Source of the DNA: Antedon mediterranea
Lineage: Eukaryota; Animalia; Echinodermata
Direction: 5' to 3'
Assembly (NCBI RefSeq): GCF_964355755.1
Contig: NC_092674.1
Coordinates: 10,974,001-11,038,000 of the forward strand
DNA: 64,000 nt
A model generated the notes under the pieces. The model was given only the letters and a program-made list of their open reading frames with translations. It was not told where the DNA came from and made no database searches. This document shows positions 53,201 through 64,000 of this stretch, one piece after another. A program made the translations under genes and the position numbers. Numbering within the stretch: the first letter of the stretch is position 1; every line of letters starts with the position of its first letter.

Positions 53201-56200
53201 ATCGACAATATGAAATACATTATCATAAGCTTCATTTTTATCTTCTCTAAACTCTAAACATTTATTATCTAGTTCAAGGGTATATTTCCTTACACCAAAA
53301 TATATGTGCATGACCCAATTTCAGATATAAAACCGATTTTTTAAATATTGTCTAACGTAATGATAGGACATCAATTATGTTATGATGGTTGCAGTGGATG
53401 TGAACCTGAAACATGCCACAATAAAAATTGCAGATTCATTGGCTTGGATAATAAAGTTGAACATTCGTACCTCTCAATATATGCCTTCTAATCTTAATCT
53501 AACAACAGCAAAGTATATTAGCATTTTAAGCGATCCTTATATTGCATCTATCTATATAAAACTGCATCCACATCTATAGTGACGTTTGATAGTAGTACTG
53601 CATTTTGACTTTTGCATTTGGATTAGAAAAATATTTTATATCATCATATATTTGATTTACATCATTTATAAAATGCAAAAATAAACATACATATTTAAAA
53701 AAATAATTTGTAAGTACTTTTTAATGCACACAGTTATTGACTAAATATAATATTTATTGTATGTTTCAATATTCTACTTTGTTTTTGTCTGAGTATTGGA
53801 TGAGTGATTATTAAGACACTAACAGTTAAAAGAGCACTTTTTGATTATCAATACTAAACTTAATTTGCTAATATCAGTTTGCTAATAATTTAAAACTAAA
53901 TTGTTTCAATTTGGAAAAATAGATTATTATTATAGATTATGTATAATTTGAAAATTACCAAAACCCAGAAAAAATGAGTACGCAAAATTTTCAGGGTGCG
54001 CAGATCCTGAATAGCACGGATTGACGGATAAAATGAAATTATAAACTATGTTTTTTTTTCCTTTTTGACAGACGTTTAAAAGAATCCTGTATCTTCCCAA
54101 GTATTTAGTAGCTTTACAAGTGCCGAGTCGCGAAGCAAAGTTTAAAAAACGCGGTAAGACTTAAAACACTGCACAATAACAGCATGCAAACCATCAAAGA
54201 AAACGCAAAGAAAACAAATTACAAATATCCAAAAATTGAAAAAGATGAAAGGAGGAAAAGGATTCACACAAATCAAAATCTGGCTGCAGAGATTTACATA
54301 AATTTAAAATTTGAAATTTATATCACGCCGTAATTAGCAAAACAAATATATGAACACAGTAGAACACCTCCTCTATTAAAGGGACACATGCCTGTGAAAT
54401 GCAATTGATTTCACACTGTGGCTGTGGCTAACCTCTATTCAGGGGCCATAGACATGCCTTTTTCACTCGAGCTCCTGTGAATTTTGTTCTGGCGAACTGT
54501 CATATGGGAGCTTCAAAGTGTTGAAAAACGGAGCGGTGTATATGGTTTCTCTGCTTATTCTTCATTTGATTATCTTAGGACATGAATCATTTTTGTGTGT
54601 AAAGCGCTTAGAAACATTCTAGGCGCTATATAAGGAGGCAGAATTTTGTTGCGTCTCCTTAATAGTGGTTATACTGTATACAATCTGATTGTAATATGTG
54701 TTGCAACATAGTATGTAATCTCACAGATAAGATGTTGTTTACTTAGGACATTGTCAACTGATATTTCTTGATAGTAGAAAGAGTTGAATTTGCATTGGAT
54801 CATAAGCAGAGAACTGCAGTTGAAGCAGCCATATTTGTTTATGTGTGATAACCATGAAACATTGTAACTGCAAAGCTGTTTTTTAACATGGTAAAGGGAT
54901 AAGAAGCTAACCATATCTGATGAATAGTAATACAATTTGCCTCCCAACCTTGTAAAATCAAGAGATTCATTTGGCAAGCCACTGTCGACACTGGTCCACA
55001 GTGAAGCTGGAACAGAGCATAAATAAGACGATGCTCAGACACAGATCTCTCAACCAATTGAAACTGTGAGGTTTATTTTAATGGTAGATTTTCACTAATA
55101 CCATGGACCTCGCAAGTAAACAAGTAACCAGCTTGTTTTTGTAAAGCTATTTTTTTGGATGATGGTAATTGTATCCAGAATCCCTTACAATTCCGCATAT
55201 TACAAGGCTGGGAAGCATTGCACTAAAGGATATATTTGGTGTATAAATTGAAAACTCTTATGGAATGAGATAACAGCACATAAAAATATATTAAAATGAT
55301 AATGACCCTGAATGTCCAAATCCCATCACCTTATTAGGAATGGAAATATGTATTTGATAATTTATTGTTTTTCTTTAGAATTAAGATATTTGCGGTAAGT
55401 TTTAGCCTTTGTACCCGGTTTCACATACCCATCATCCAAGAAGTCAAAAGGTTTTCCTTTATCGCCAAGTGAGGCTATCGTCTGACTGCGCTGTTTAGGG
55501 GCTGGCGTAACCTGCGAGCTTGGTGCGTTAAATTTAACATTAGCTGGTGGATATGGTTTCTTGTTTGGTTGACTGGATGTTGAAAATAATCCACTAAAAC
55601 TGTAAAAGAAAAAAAAAAGGTTTATTGATGAATACAATTGATTGAAATTAATGGTTTTGCAAAGCAGAATGTCAAATTCAACATTGATGGAATAAGTACT
55701 TGACCTTTGACATGATTTCCTGACATTTACAGTATTTAGAAAAAAAACTTTGTATTGTATTTTGGAGAAGCCGCTCAATAATCTTTTCTCCCTTATACTC
55801 GTAGAAATGTTATTAATAGATACTGAATTACTGAGTTATGTACAACATATTATACAGATATTGACTGCTTGGCGCTTCGGGAAATATATATTCCCTCGAT
55901 CTTAATATCATTCCCTCGGGGATGTCAAATCTTATATTTAACCGATATAAAAGGCAATATCTGTTATATTTTATAGCCAAGAACAAGTCTGCTGGGTTGG
56001 GTGAAGCTAGGCTAGGCCTCCTATAGTATTTGTATTGTATTTAAACAAGCCTGCCTAGACACCTTACCTTGCGAAGAATAATATACAGATAATTACTAAT
56101 TAATTATTCCTTGGCAATAAAATATTCACTTAGGCCTAGTTCGTTTAAATTAACAGAAGAATTTCCATCAATAAGCCTATTAATAATAATAACCGGATGT

Positions 56201-58986
56201 TCAGCGCGTACTAGTTACTAGGTTACTACCGTGAGTATTGACCAATCACAAATGGTGTTTCATCACATTTAGGGTGGACTAATAACAAATGAGGGCGCTT
56301 AGTATGCATAGCTTAAATAGTTTAGAAGATTAATTTAATTTAATACCTCTTATTGGCGTTTTATTTGGCAGATCATACGTGCGAGTTGAGTAGGACCTAC
56401 AAAGGAGGCCTAGGCTAAGGACTAAACAATAAACAAAACAACTTGGCAACACGATTTCATATTTCAAGAGTCTCGATCGTACATTCAGCACGTACGTACT
56501 CGATCTTTTTCATTTTGAAATGATCATTATTGGTTGATTTGAAATCCATATTTACATACCGCCCGCCCCATATAGCCAAATACGGTATGATAACCTACGT
56601 CATTCTTATCGGATGTTTGCGGTCTGCAAATCGATTTCTATACGTGTTTCACAAGTCTGTATTTTCAGACAAAAATCGCGGTCGAAATAAAAACAAATAA
56701 ATTATAAAAAAAACAATACAGGCTTGGGGCAAGTCTACTAAAATATATGTGATAGCCCAAATGTGGTAGTGATATGACGTCATCGTGTCCAGGCACATCA
56801 CATTGTCACATAAAGTGTGATAGTGTAGACAGAGCTTAACAAATAGCATTCCTAATCTCCATCAAATAGGTTCTACTTTTAAAATAAATGCAATCTTACT
56901 ATCAGAATGTAATCACTCCCATAAGAGGTCTGCATTAAATAAAAATCTATTTACAATTACCATTTATAATACTTACAATTTCCATACGCTAGATTTGTTT
57001 TTCTTTTCAAATGATGGGTGTTCCCTTGATGCTCTGTAAAATAATGTTCAAAATGATATTTATGTTCTATCTATTCAACAGTAATGGTAATTATTTCAGT
57101 GGAAGAAACAGGATGTTTAAATAGGAGATGGCAGGTCGTATAATATATAACTAATTGTTTCACTCAAGTCAATATTTAAATGTGGTCTTATGTCTACATG
57201 GCACTGAATCCAACCCAACTCATCTGAAAGAGACAGTTGTGTAAACCATATGTCAACTTTTGAAGCAACTGAACAGTACTGAAAGAAACTGATTGAACAG
57301 TAAAAACTCTCTCTGAAAACCGGAAATCTCCCAAAACAAGACTTTTTTAGGCTTAAAAGGTCCTGAATACCAGATTTCCAGAATACCAGATTTCCAGAAT
57401 ACCAGACTTCCAGAAAACCAGACATTTTGGGCCAGCTCAAAAGTGTCTGGTATTGGGAAACTGTACATAAATTTCATCTACTCAATTCTCCTGTTTTTCT
57501 ATACACGAACTGGCATATCATGAAAAATTGTAGTCTACTATTGAGAAACGGTAAAATAACTGATCAATTAAACTTGCCTAATCATTTCGGTCCATCTAAC
57601 AGCTTCCTGAAGTTCCATTAAGCGTTCTTTGTATTGATTACGTTCCATCAACACGCGTGCCATTTCCACACGTGTAAAGCGTTTACGCTGAGCCATTGGT
57701 ACTTCATCCTCTTCTCCGTCTGGTAGCTTGCCCACCTCCTGACTGTATTCCCTTTTTCTAGGTACATTAAAAAACAGTTGTTTAAATAATTTTGTTCTTA
57801 ATATTCGGTATTGTTTTTGGATTTGTGGTGTTTGCCTAAAAAACTAAGATCATAGGTTCAAATTCTGTCTATCATTAAAGATATTTTATATATATATTAA
57901 TAATATTTCTTATTTCATACAAATCCTACAACAAGTAACAATAGTCAAATGATTGTAATTTCCACTTGTTATAGACAACTATTCTGAATTACGTCATACC
58001 GTATTTTTATTTATTTATTTCTCAAATTTTATTCAGTATAGTAAGTATTTAAAAGTAAGTCTTAGCTATATTTATTTTTACTTTTGTGCATTTATATATA
58101 CTATTGTTAACTGTTATGTGTATTTTAAGGGGGATATGGATGGAGGTGCTTGTCACCTGTGCATCTCTTTCTTTTCGCTGCCTTTTCGTTATGGGCAGTG
58201 ATCAAGTTTAATAAATAAATAAAATAAATACTTACTTTTTCAAATCACTCTCTAGATCTTGTACCCGTGTACTTAATTCCTCTCTCTTTTTATTTACTGC
58301 TACTAAGTCCTGTCGTAGTAGCTCTGCTTCAGTTGTCAAATCATCCACTTGGACTATTAAATCATCTTTAACGACATTCAAGGCATTCCTGTGAATAGAA
58401 AATATCGAAATTGGATGAAAATTAACTCACCAACAAGTACATGAGAATAAATGCATTTTTTTCTGAAAGTTTTTGTTGTTGTATGTTTTAGGATACATAG
58501 ATCTTGTGCATCAGAAAATCAAAAAATATGATATTGTACACAAAAAAACATTGTAATGTAATATAATACAAGTATCCTGGCAAATTGAATGAGTTGATTT
58601 CATATCACAAGGCGCGCATTATTTCCCCCCATTTTAAAGATTAAAATGTGCTATCAAATTCCAAGACCTGTAGTGAGCGTGATAATGACCTACTGTAGAT
58701 GGTAGAAGCAGATTAAATTGAATTCTTTAAAGTTTACTCTAAAACAGTGGATGTGTTATGAAACAAATAATCAATGTTTTGTATTTGTTGTTGAATAGGT
58801 AGAATATTTTCATTCGTTAGTTCTGACTATCCTACTAAACTCATCAAAATATTTTCTCCATTCAACTTAAGTTATAAACATTCATTATCTGTATTCTCAT
58901 TGATTTCTGTTGTTGCAAGATAACTTACTTGGTAGCTCTAAGCTCAGAGTTCTCTACGATCAAGTTTTCAACTTCCTTTCCCATTC
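32126..58986 (-). CDS. MAPK8IP3: JNK-interacting protein 3/4 (MAPK8IP3/SPAG9; unc-16/syd ortholog), 5'-partial, ~920 aa in 18 exons: 58986-58929, 58388-58236, 57757-57578, 57033-56977, 55599-55429, 50053-49828, 49330-48991, 48444-48277, 47815-47600, 47145-46947, 46199-46119, 45705-45638, 42841-42693, 42106-41935, 41472-41359, 40890-40711, 33749-33630, 32241-32126
   Basis: Signature peptides [29 protein letters not shown] (LZII), [39 protein letters not shown] (RH2), [102 protein letters not shown]. All 17 junctions are phase-consistent. Confidence 0.93.
33264..33497 (+). mobile_element. Degenerate tRNA-derived SINE (Meta-domain-like core, L2-like tail)
   Basis: A box TGGCGTAGTG; core CTCTCCACCCAGGTGTACAAATGGGTACCTGG; tail ATGACCGGGGTAATAACGTGAAG also seen at ~46591-46615. 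Confidence 0.6.
33630..33749 (-). CDS. MAPK8IP3: JIP3/4 penultimate exon ([15 protein letters not shown])
   Basis: AG/GT bounded, conserved peptide. Confidence 0.9.
35028..35287. mobile_element. MITE with GGGCC-type imperfect TIRs (Harbinger-like)
   Basis: GGGCCAGGTTTTCGCAGCCAAAA ... TTTTGGCTGCTGAAACACGACCC. Confidence 0.5.
35491..35660. repeat. 25-bp minisatellite, ~6.8 perfect copies
   Basis: GCTTTATGATGTACAGTAAATGACC tandem units. Confidence 0.95.
38884..39258. repeat. 61-bp minisatellite, ~6 copies
   Basis: AAACTGAAGCAAACTCTGAGTTTTGCTCTGAGAAAGCTTTGCAAAGTTTGCTAGTATAAAC tandem units. Confidence 0.95.
40711..40890 (-). CDS. MAPK8IP3: JIP3/4 exon (PGGVIRVY...[18 protein letters not shown])
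   Basis: AG/GT bounded, conserved peptide. Confidence 0.92.
41359..41472 (-). CDS. MAPK8IP3: JIP3/4 exon ([14 protein letters not shown]...[17 protein letters not shown])
   Basis: AG/GT bounded, conserved peptide. Confidence 0.92.
41935..42106 (-). CDS. MAPK8IP3: JIP3/4 exon ([15 protein letters not shown]...VSKML)
   Basis: AG/GT bounded, conserved peptide. Confidence 0.92.
42331..42499. mobile_element. Degenerate hAT-like MITE
   Basis: CAGTGGTGCAA ... TTACGCCACG imperfect termini around a short GC-richer interior. Confidence 0.4.
42693..42841 (-). CDS. MAPK8IP3: JIP3/4 exon ([13 protein letters not shown]...KIE)
   Basis: AG/GT bounded, conserved peptide. Confidence 0.9.
45638..45705 (-). 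CDS. MAPK8IP3: JIP3/4 exon ([22 protein letters not shown])
   Basis: AG/GT bounded, conserved peptide. Confidence 0.9.
46119..46199 (-). CDS. MAPK8IP3: JIP3/4 exon ([26 protein letters not shown])
   Basis: AG/GT bounded, conserved peptide. Confidence 0.9.
46947..47145 (-). CDS. MAPK8IP3: JIP3/4 exon (...[16 protein letters not shown])
   Basis: AG/GT bounded, conserved peptide. Confidence 0.88.
47600..47815 (-). CDS. MAPK8IP3: JIP3/4 exon (low-complexity linker)
   Basis: AG/GT bounded, phase 1-1, open frame. Confidence 0.75.
48277..48444 (-). CDS. MAPK8IP3: JIP3/4 exon (GALESDYP...)
   Basis: AG/GT bounded, phase 1-1. Confidence 0.85.
48991..49330 (-). CDS. MAPK8IP3: JIP3/4 exon ([12 protein letters not shown]...ILCICSVP)
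   Basis: AG/GT bounded, conserved peptide. Confidence 0.9.
49828..50053 (-). CDS. MAPK8IP3: JIP3/4 exon ([25 protein letters not shown]...VPVFCRPL)
   Basis: AG/GT bounded, conserved peptide. Confidence 0.9.
51358..51831. mobile_element. Non-autonomous Kolobok-type MITE (474 bp)
   Basis: TTAA|AGATGTATTGTCCC ... GAGACAATACATCT|TTAA; 13/14 TIR match, AG..CT termini, TTAA TSD. Confidence 0.8.
52070..52188. mobile_element. Short MITE with GGCC..CAGGCTTAGTTA-type TIRs
   Basis: GGCCGCATTCAGGCTTAGTTATTTAGCTGG versus CCAGGTAAATAAATAAGTCTGAACAGGGCC; a related half-copy lies at ~40226-40260. Confidence 0.5.
55429..55599 (-). CDS. MAPK8IP3: JIP3/4 exon (FSGLFSTSS...PFDFLDD)
   Basis: AG/GT bounded, inside ORF 55362..55778. 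Confidence 0.85.
56977..57033 (-). CDS. MAPK8IP3: JIP3/4 exon ([19 protein letters not shown])
   Basis: AG/GT bounded, conserved peptide. Confidence 0.88.
57578..57757 (-). CDS. MAPK8IP3: JIP3/4 exon (RH2 domain), GC donor
   Basis: [37 protein letters not shown]; ends AG|GCAAGT. Confidence 0.9.
58236..58388 (-). CDS. MAPK8IP3: JIP3/4 exon ([17 protein letters not shown]...)
   Basis: AG/GT bounded coiled coil. Confidence 0.9.
58929..58986 (-). CDS. MAPK8IP3: JIP3/4 exon ([20 protein letters not shown])
   Basis: AG/GT bounded, start of leucine zipper II; missed by the ORF track. Confidence 0.9.
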
Positions 58987-59571
58987 CTAAGTAAACACAA
59001 ATTTAAAATCAAATATGTAACGCCTCAGAATTTGTTCTAACTATCAAATAATTCACTCAGTCTACCTGTGAAAATACCAATAAAGAGATATAGTTATACA
59101 TATATAAAACTATAATAATATACTATTATAACTAAAACTAGTAAATGATACAAACACGATTACATTGCAGTAAACTCAAAACCATGAATGTGAAAAGAAA
59201 ATGTTAAATATGGTCAAGCAAAACAATATAAAAACCATATTCACGAACATTACATGATTTCTTACCTTTTTATACATAATTGGGAACAATTCTATTGTAC
59301 AACACTGTACCAACAAAATTGTACATGGGCACAAACTAACCTGTGTTGTGATAGCTACCATGATTAGGACAAACTGTGAAAGTAGCTTGATACTGTACAG
59401 ATAGTTTGTGAGCATGTGTACATGTGTTTGTTACGCTCCATTGCTTGGTGACGTATTGTATATTACTAGTACACCTACTACTTGGGATTTATAACTTACA
59501 AAATTCATAATTAATTATGCATAAATCTACAATCTATTACCAACTGAATCATGAATACACAATGAATATAG

Positions 59572-59828
59572 TAGGGAGCTTTTGATTTGCGACGACTGAT
59601 GACCAAATGACTATGTCATGTTTATTGTCTGTGTTGTTGCTCCTCGTCTTCAGTAGTAATGACAATAATAACTATAGTAATGATCACAACAATTTTAAAT
59701 GTAAATTTGTATAAGTTTGCTTAAGCGGATATTAGCCCTTGATGGCATTTGCAGCAATAAAGAAATTTAATTGATTTGATGTTTTGATGGTTCTCGGTCC
59801 TTGGTCATCACAAATTGGAAGCTCCCTA
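59572..59828. mobile_element. MITE with TAGGGAGCTT TIRs
   Basis: TAGGGAGCTTTTTGATTTGCGACGAC ... GTCATCACAAATTGGAAGCTCCCTA. Confidence 0.55.
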
Positions 59829-62800
59829 TTATTAACAAATGTTACACTACTATTACTAACCATATTAATAGCAACATAATCAAGAAACAAACACATTATT
59901 ACTATAATGAAGTGTACACTATAATTATTAAAAACAATTATTTAATTACAAATAAGACAGAACCCATGGATAAAATCTCAACAATTAGAACCTTTTAAAA
60001 CCTAAAATCTATTAAAGAAACGTGTGTCTAAATTGAGTATTCAACAATGTAACTTTTACTGTAGAAGAAATCTTAGGCACTGTGAGCTTACTGAAGAAGA
60101 TCCCTCAATGTGTACCACTCATTAACGCCATATTGCACTTCAATACGTTAACACAGCCCAAAATAACATAATGTTAACATAATAGGTTTAAAAAAAAATT
60201 AAAATAAAGCAATATTATTGAAAACTATGACGGATTAAATTGATTTTATTAATTCCAAAAAATATATAAAAAAAATGTTTTCAATGAAGTAATAAGTTTA
60301 TTAGGCGGATATTTGAAGGGGAAGAGGGAGAAGGGATGGGGGCAGTCTTCCATGATTTTTGAAAGGAGATAAAAAACATCTTTTGTTAGCTTCATCCATT
60401 AAGGTTACTTTGTGTCAAGTATGATACATTTTTATATTTAATTTGTATAATGACTGTATATATAAATCCCACTTTATATTACAAGAATGATTGCTCTTTT
60501 GTGTATGGTGCATTCGGAAATTTCTATTATAAATTGTACTATTAATCTAAAGAGCTCACAACCTCCCGTAAATAATTATGGAAAATTGAAAATGCTGTAG
60601 AGCCACAGGAGACCTTGAGGACTTAACAAAATGTCCCCTTAATAGGCATGTCCCCTAAATAGGGTGTCCCAAAGGACGGGTTCTACTAGAGTATAAAAAC
60701 ATAGTTAAGAATGTTAGAAGAATGTAGTCATCTTTTAGTGGCAACATAAATCTCGGAAATGGATGAATCGACAGAATTATGTAATTTCAAGGATTATTCA
60801 AATTACTTGAAATGGCCGTGACATTTTGAGTTGATCATGTCAGGTTTTGCTGTTCATTTGTCGGCGATAACACTCTGCTACTACATTCAAATATGTACAA
60901 ATTAATTCAACCATATTCTAAGGAATGTAGTATAAGCTATTGAGCAAAGAAAAATGTGAAAAAAAGGCTTCTTGAGGAAACATCTCTAGGGTTGGACTTT
61001 GAGACCTCTATCCTCCTTTTCTAATGTTAAAATTTCATAATGGAGAAACAAGAAATGGCATAGGATCAGCTGGTTCTGTTTGGAGGCTACAAAGATAAAA
61101 GAGGAACTTGTTTCTTTTCAAGTATACAAACCTTTCACAAACTAGTGTTATTTAAACTGGGTGAAAGGGATGAAAAGATGGCATAAATACTGTACTTCAT
61201 ACAATGTATCCACACCTGAATGAAATATAAACTTTCTGTTGGCCTAAAATACAAACTATATATTTCATAATCATTAAATAAATAAATAAAATGTCACAGT
61301 GATTTTACATATTCTGTAAGAAAAATGAAAAATGTAATTGTAAGTGGGAATTAACATACAAACATGCAGATTCCATTTTCATTAGCAAACATGCTAAATG
61401 CATCGAACAATATAGGCCTGGGCTACAGGAACTACCTATTGTAGGTATAGGTTGCTGTTTAGTCTAATAGGTACAAAACTCTTACAAATAAATACAATAC
61501 CATCTTATGCAGAATAACATTTGTTTACATGTGCAGTAAATAAGAATGCAATACATTAAAGATAACAAGACATTTATCAAAAGAAATTGTGCAATATTTC
61601 ATATTGTAGGATATTAAATTAAATTTTGGGGTCGGTGCAAAATGTCCAAATATCACCGCCAACTTAAAACTGATCTTTATACAACACATACTTGCAATGT
61701 TCTACTAAGTTGTATTATATTGTTCAGAACATTTTTGTTGTGTTTTTTTTGGTCAAGAAATTCTTTTAGATCTTGTGGGATATTTCAATACCTTTAATTG
61801 AAAATATTAAGTAATTTAAAACAATTTTTCAATAGAAGTACCCCAGATATAAATGATTAAAATCCAAATAATAAATCCAAAATGAAAAAGGTAATTAAAA
61901 TTAAGTCTACATTTTATAGTTTCATATATCGTCACACTCTCCCATTCATCTAACATGTTGTGAGGAATGGCTGACAACATTAGAATAGGTCACCATTTAA
62001 AAAAACGTTTTAAAATGGGAAATTGTTATGTACAATTCACAACCATTATCCATAGCACTTAGGGGATAAGTGGATACATTCATTTTTAGGATAATCAGAA
62101 CTATTGATAAAGGCTGTATGCTAAAGGTGAAATTAATTTGCGCTATATTTAATAATTTGTGTTGTAAAATATAATGTGATTGAGTGCTTTTACAAACTTA
62201 TTTCATTTAAAGTAATTATTGCTCAATAGCTTTTTTTTCATCTTTTAAATAACTTTATATCTTCTTTCTTTCTCTATTATTTATTTGTTTTCTTGTTGAA
62301 ATATCTATCAATGCATTTAACATCAAAATTGCAAAGAGAAGAATTTTTTATTTGATTTAACCATGCATAACTAACATCATGCAACAGACCAATCGCTTAC
62401 CACAAAACTTGACAGGTGACTTTTCTAACAAATAACAAAATGGGATGAGAGACTGTTAGAAATGAGATTTACCATAGATCATGCAACTATTGTCCAATAG
62501 CTTACCATAAAAGTTGTCAGGTGACTTGACTGACACAAGACAGAAAGTAGTAGGAAAGAGAGAGAAATAATAAAGGTAAAGATCACCAAAATATACTATA
62601 GACATTCATACAATCACCAACTTTGTCAAAGATTGCAAAAACATTTCCCAAAAAATATGCCACAAAATATAATATTAAAAAATCGGGGATGAAAAGAACG
62701 AGACATTTTTAATAAAATCTTCTTTAAAGTTATCTTCAGGTTACTTTCCTCTGTTTGCATTTCATGAATCGTTTTCAAGGTATTACAACTTACACCAATG

Positions 62801-64000
62801 TAATTCAACAATACCAGTGCTCATGTCCGTTGTTGGTGCAGAGCGGTGGAACATTTTAATGATACAGAAAACAAAAGCCCTTTAAAAGTGAAAATGAAAT
62901 TGTATAAAACATACCAGGAAACAACCAATAAAAACAATAATCATTTTTACCATATGATGAAATTTCACAGTCATCTGTTGTCAACACATATAAACAAAAA
63001 CAAGAATTATGATACCAAATTGTATGTATTGTTTAAATAAATAAACACAAAAAACCCATTGTCTTATTTTATATCATGATTCATTATATATGCCGCCTAC
63101 AAATTTATTTTGTCACCAAATTGACATTGTCACCAAAGTTATTATTTGACCTTTGACCAAATGATACTTCATGCTGTTTTTTGTTTGTATACTTGTTTAT
63201 TTTCGTCGAAATAAATGTTTTATTAAATTTTTTCTAAAAAAGTAGAGATGATTGACACATTTTTCAATTCAATAGAAGCCCATCCTCATTAGCACACTGT
63301 AGATCTGGTATATCAAGATCTAATAGAACCATTGATGGACTGAACTGGTATGTATTCTATGGATGGGCACTGATGATTCCCTTATTTACAGGTATATAAT
63401 ATACCTATCATAGAAGACCATTTTAAACAGTTTTGAATGAATGACGGCGAAGATGAAAAAACACAATACACCACATTTTGTAAAAGATGATGAAAAACAC
63501 AAAAGGAATATAAGGAGAGATGAAGAAAAAAAGTTGAGGAAAAAAAATTCACTGTTTATAACCAAAAAATAAATAACAATGAAAATTGACTGAAATACCA
63601 CTTTCAATGCATATTAAATCATAATATTATAAAAAAAAATTAAACAATAATCCAAAACTATATAAACTACAAAACCATGCTTTCCTATTTAACCAGATTC
63701 AAATTATTATGGACTTATAAAAGTATTAAAAGGTTCTACACAACTTAGATTTAAACATTATGGTTGAATTTAAACCAATGAATACAATATCTCTTTCCAT
63801 ACTGAATTATTGCCTACATCTGACATTTTAGTCAATGTTTATGAATATGAGTCACATCATTTTTTTTAAACAAATTAAAAATTGTTAGTGTATTATATTA
63901 TTATTTTTAAGATTGCAGGTATGAAACTAGCTTATTTTAAATATCTATAGATCTGAATGGCGGACATACCGTAGTTGTTTTATGCCAACTTAATTTTTAT

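Noticed and set aside
55850-56840. DNA transposon in the JIP3/4 intron
   Set aside because: CpG-richer, repeat-like pieces are present (including a TAGTGTAGACAGAGCTTAA end shared with ~48207-48225), but no paired TIRs or TSD could be established.
60088-61215. Further upstream JIP3/4 exons (donor-like site at ~60091, acceptor-like site at ~61216)
   Set aside because: No recognisable JIP peptide or convincing acceptor/donor pair; micro-exons cannot be excluded without RNA data.

Overview
AT-rich, intron-containing animal genomic DNA, probably an invertebrate deuterostome such as an echinoderm (inferred from a Deu-type SINE and the gene structures). Two host genes lie on the minus strand. One is the 3' 18 coding exons of a JIP3/JIP4 (MAPK8IP3/SPAG9, unc-16/sunday driver) scaffold gene at 32126-58986, including one GC-AG intron. 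The other is the large first coding exon of adenylate cyclase type 9 at 11660-13154. The most notable object is an apparently intact 4.7-kb Kolobok DNA transposon (702-5437; TTAA target duplication, 15-bp AG..CT TIRs) inserted into a 17-18-bp minisatellite. It encodes a spliced THAP-DDE transposase and, convergently, a spliced KolX protein resembling the Zn/guanine-nucleotide-binding cytoplasmic ballast of P2X7. The window also holds a very young non-autonomous LTR element (23782-27093; two apparently identical 624-bp LTRs, GTAA TSD) within a degenerate satellite/foldback region, tRNA-derived SINEs, Kolobok-type and other MITEs, and several minisatellites. Coordinates and splice sites were read by eye; family assignments rest on motif recognition, not database searches.
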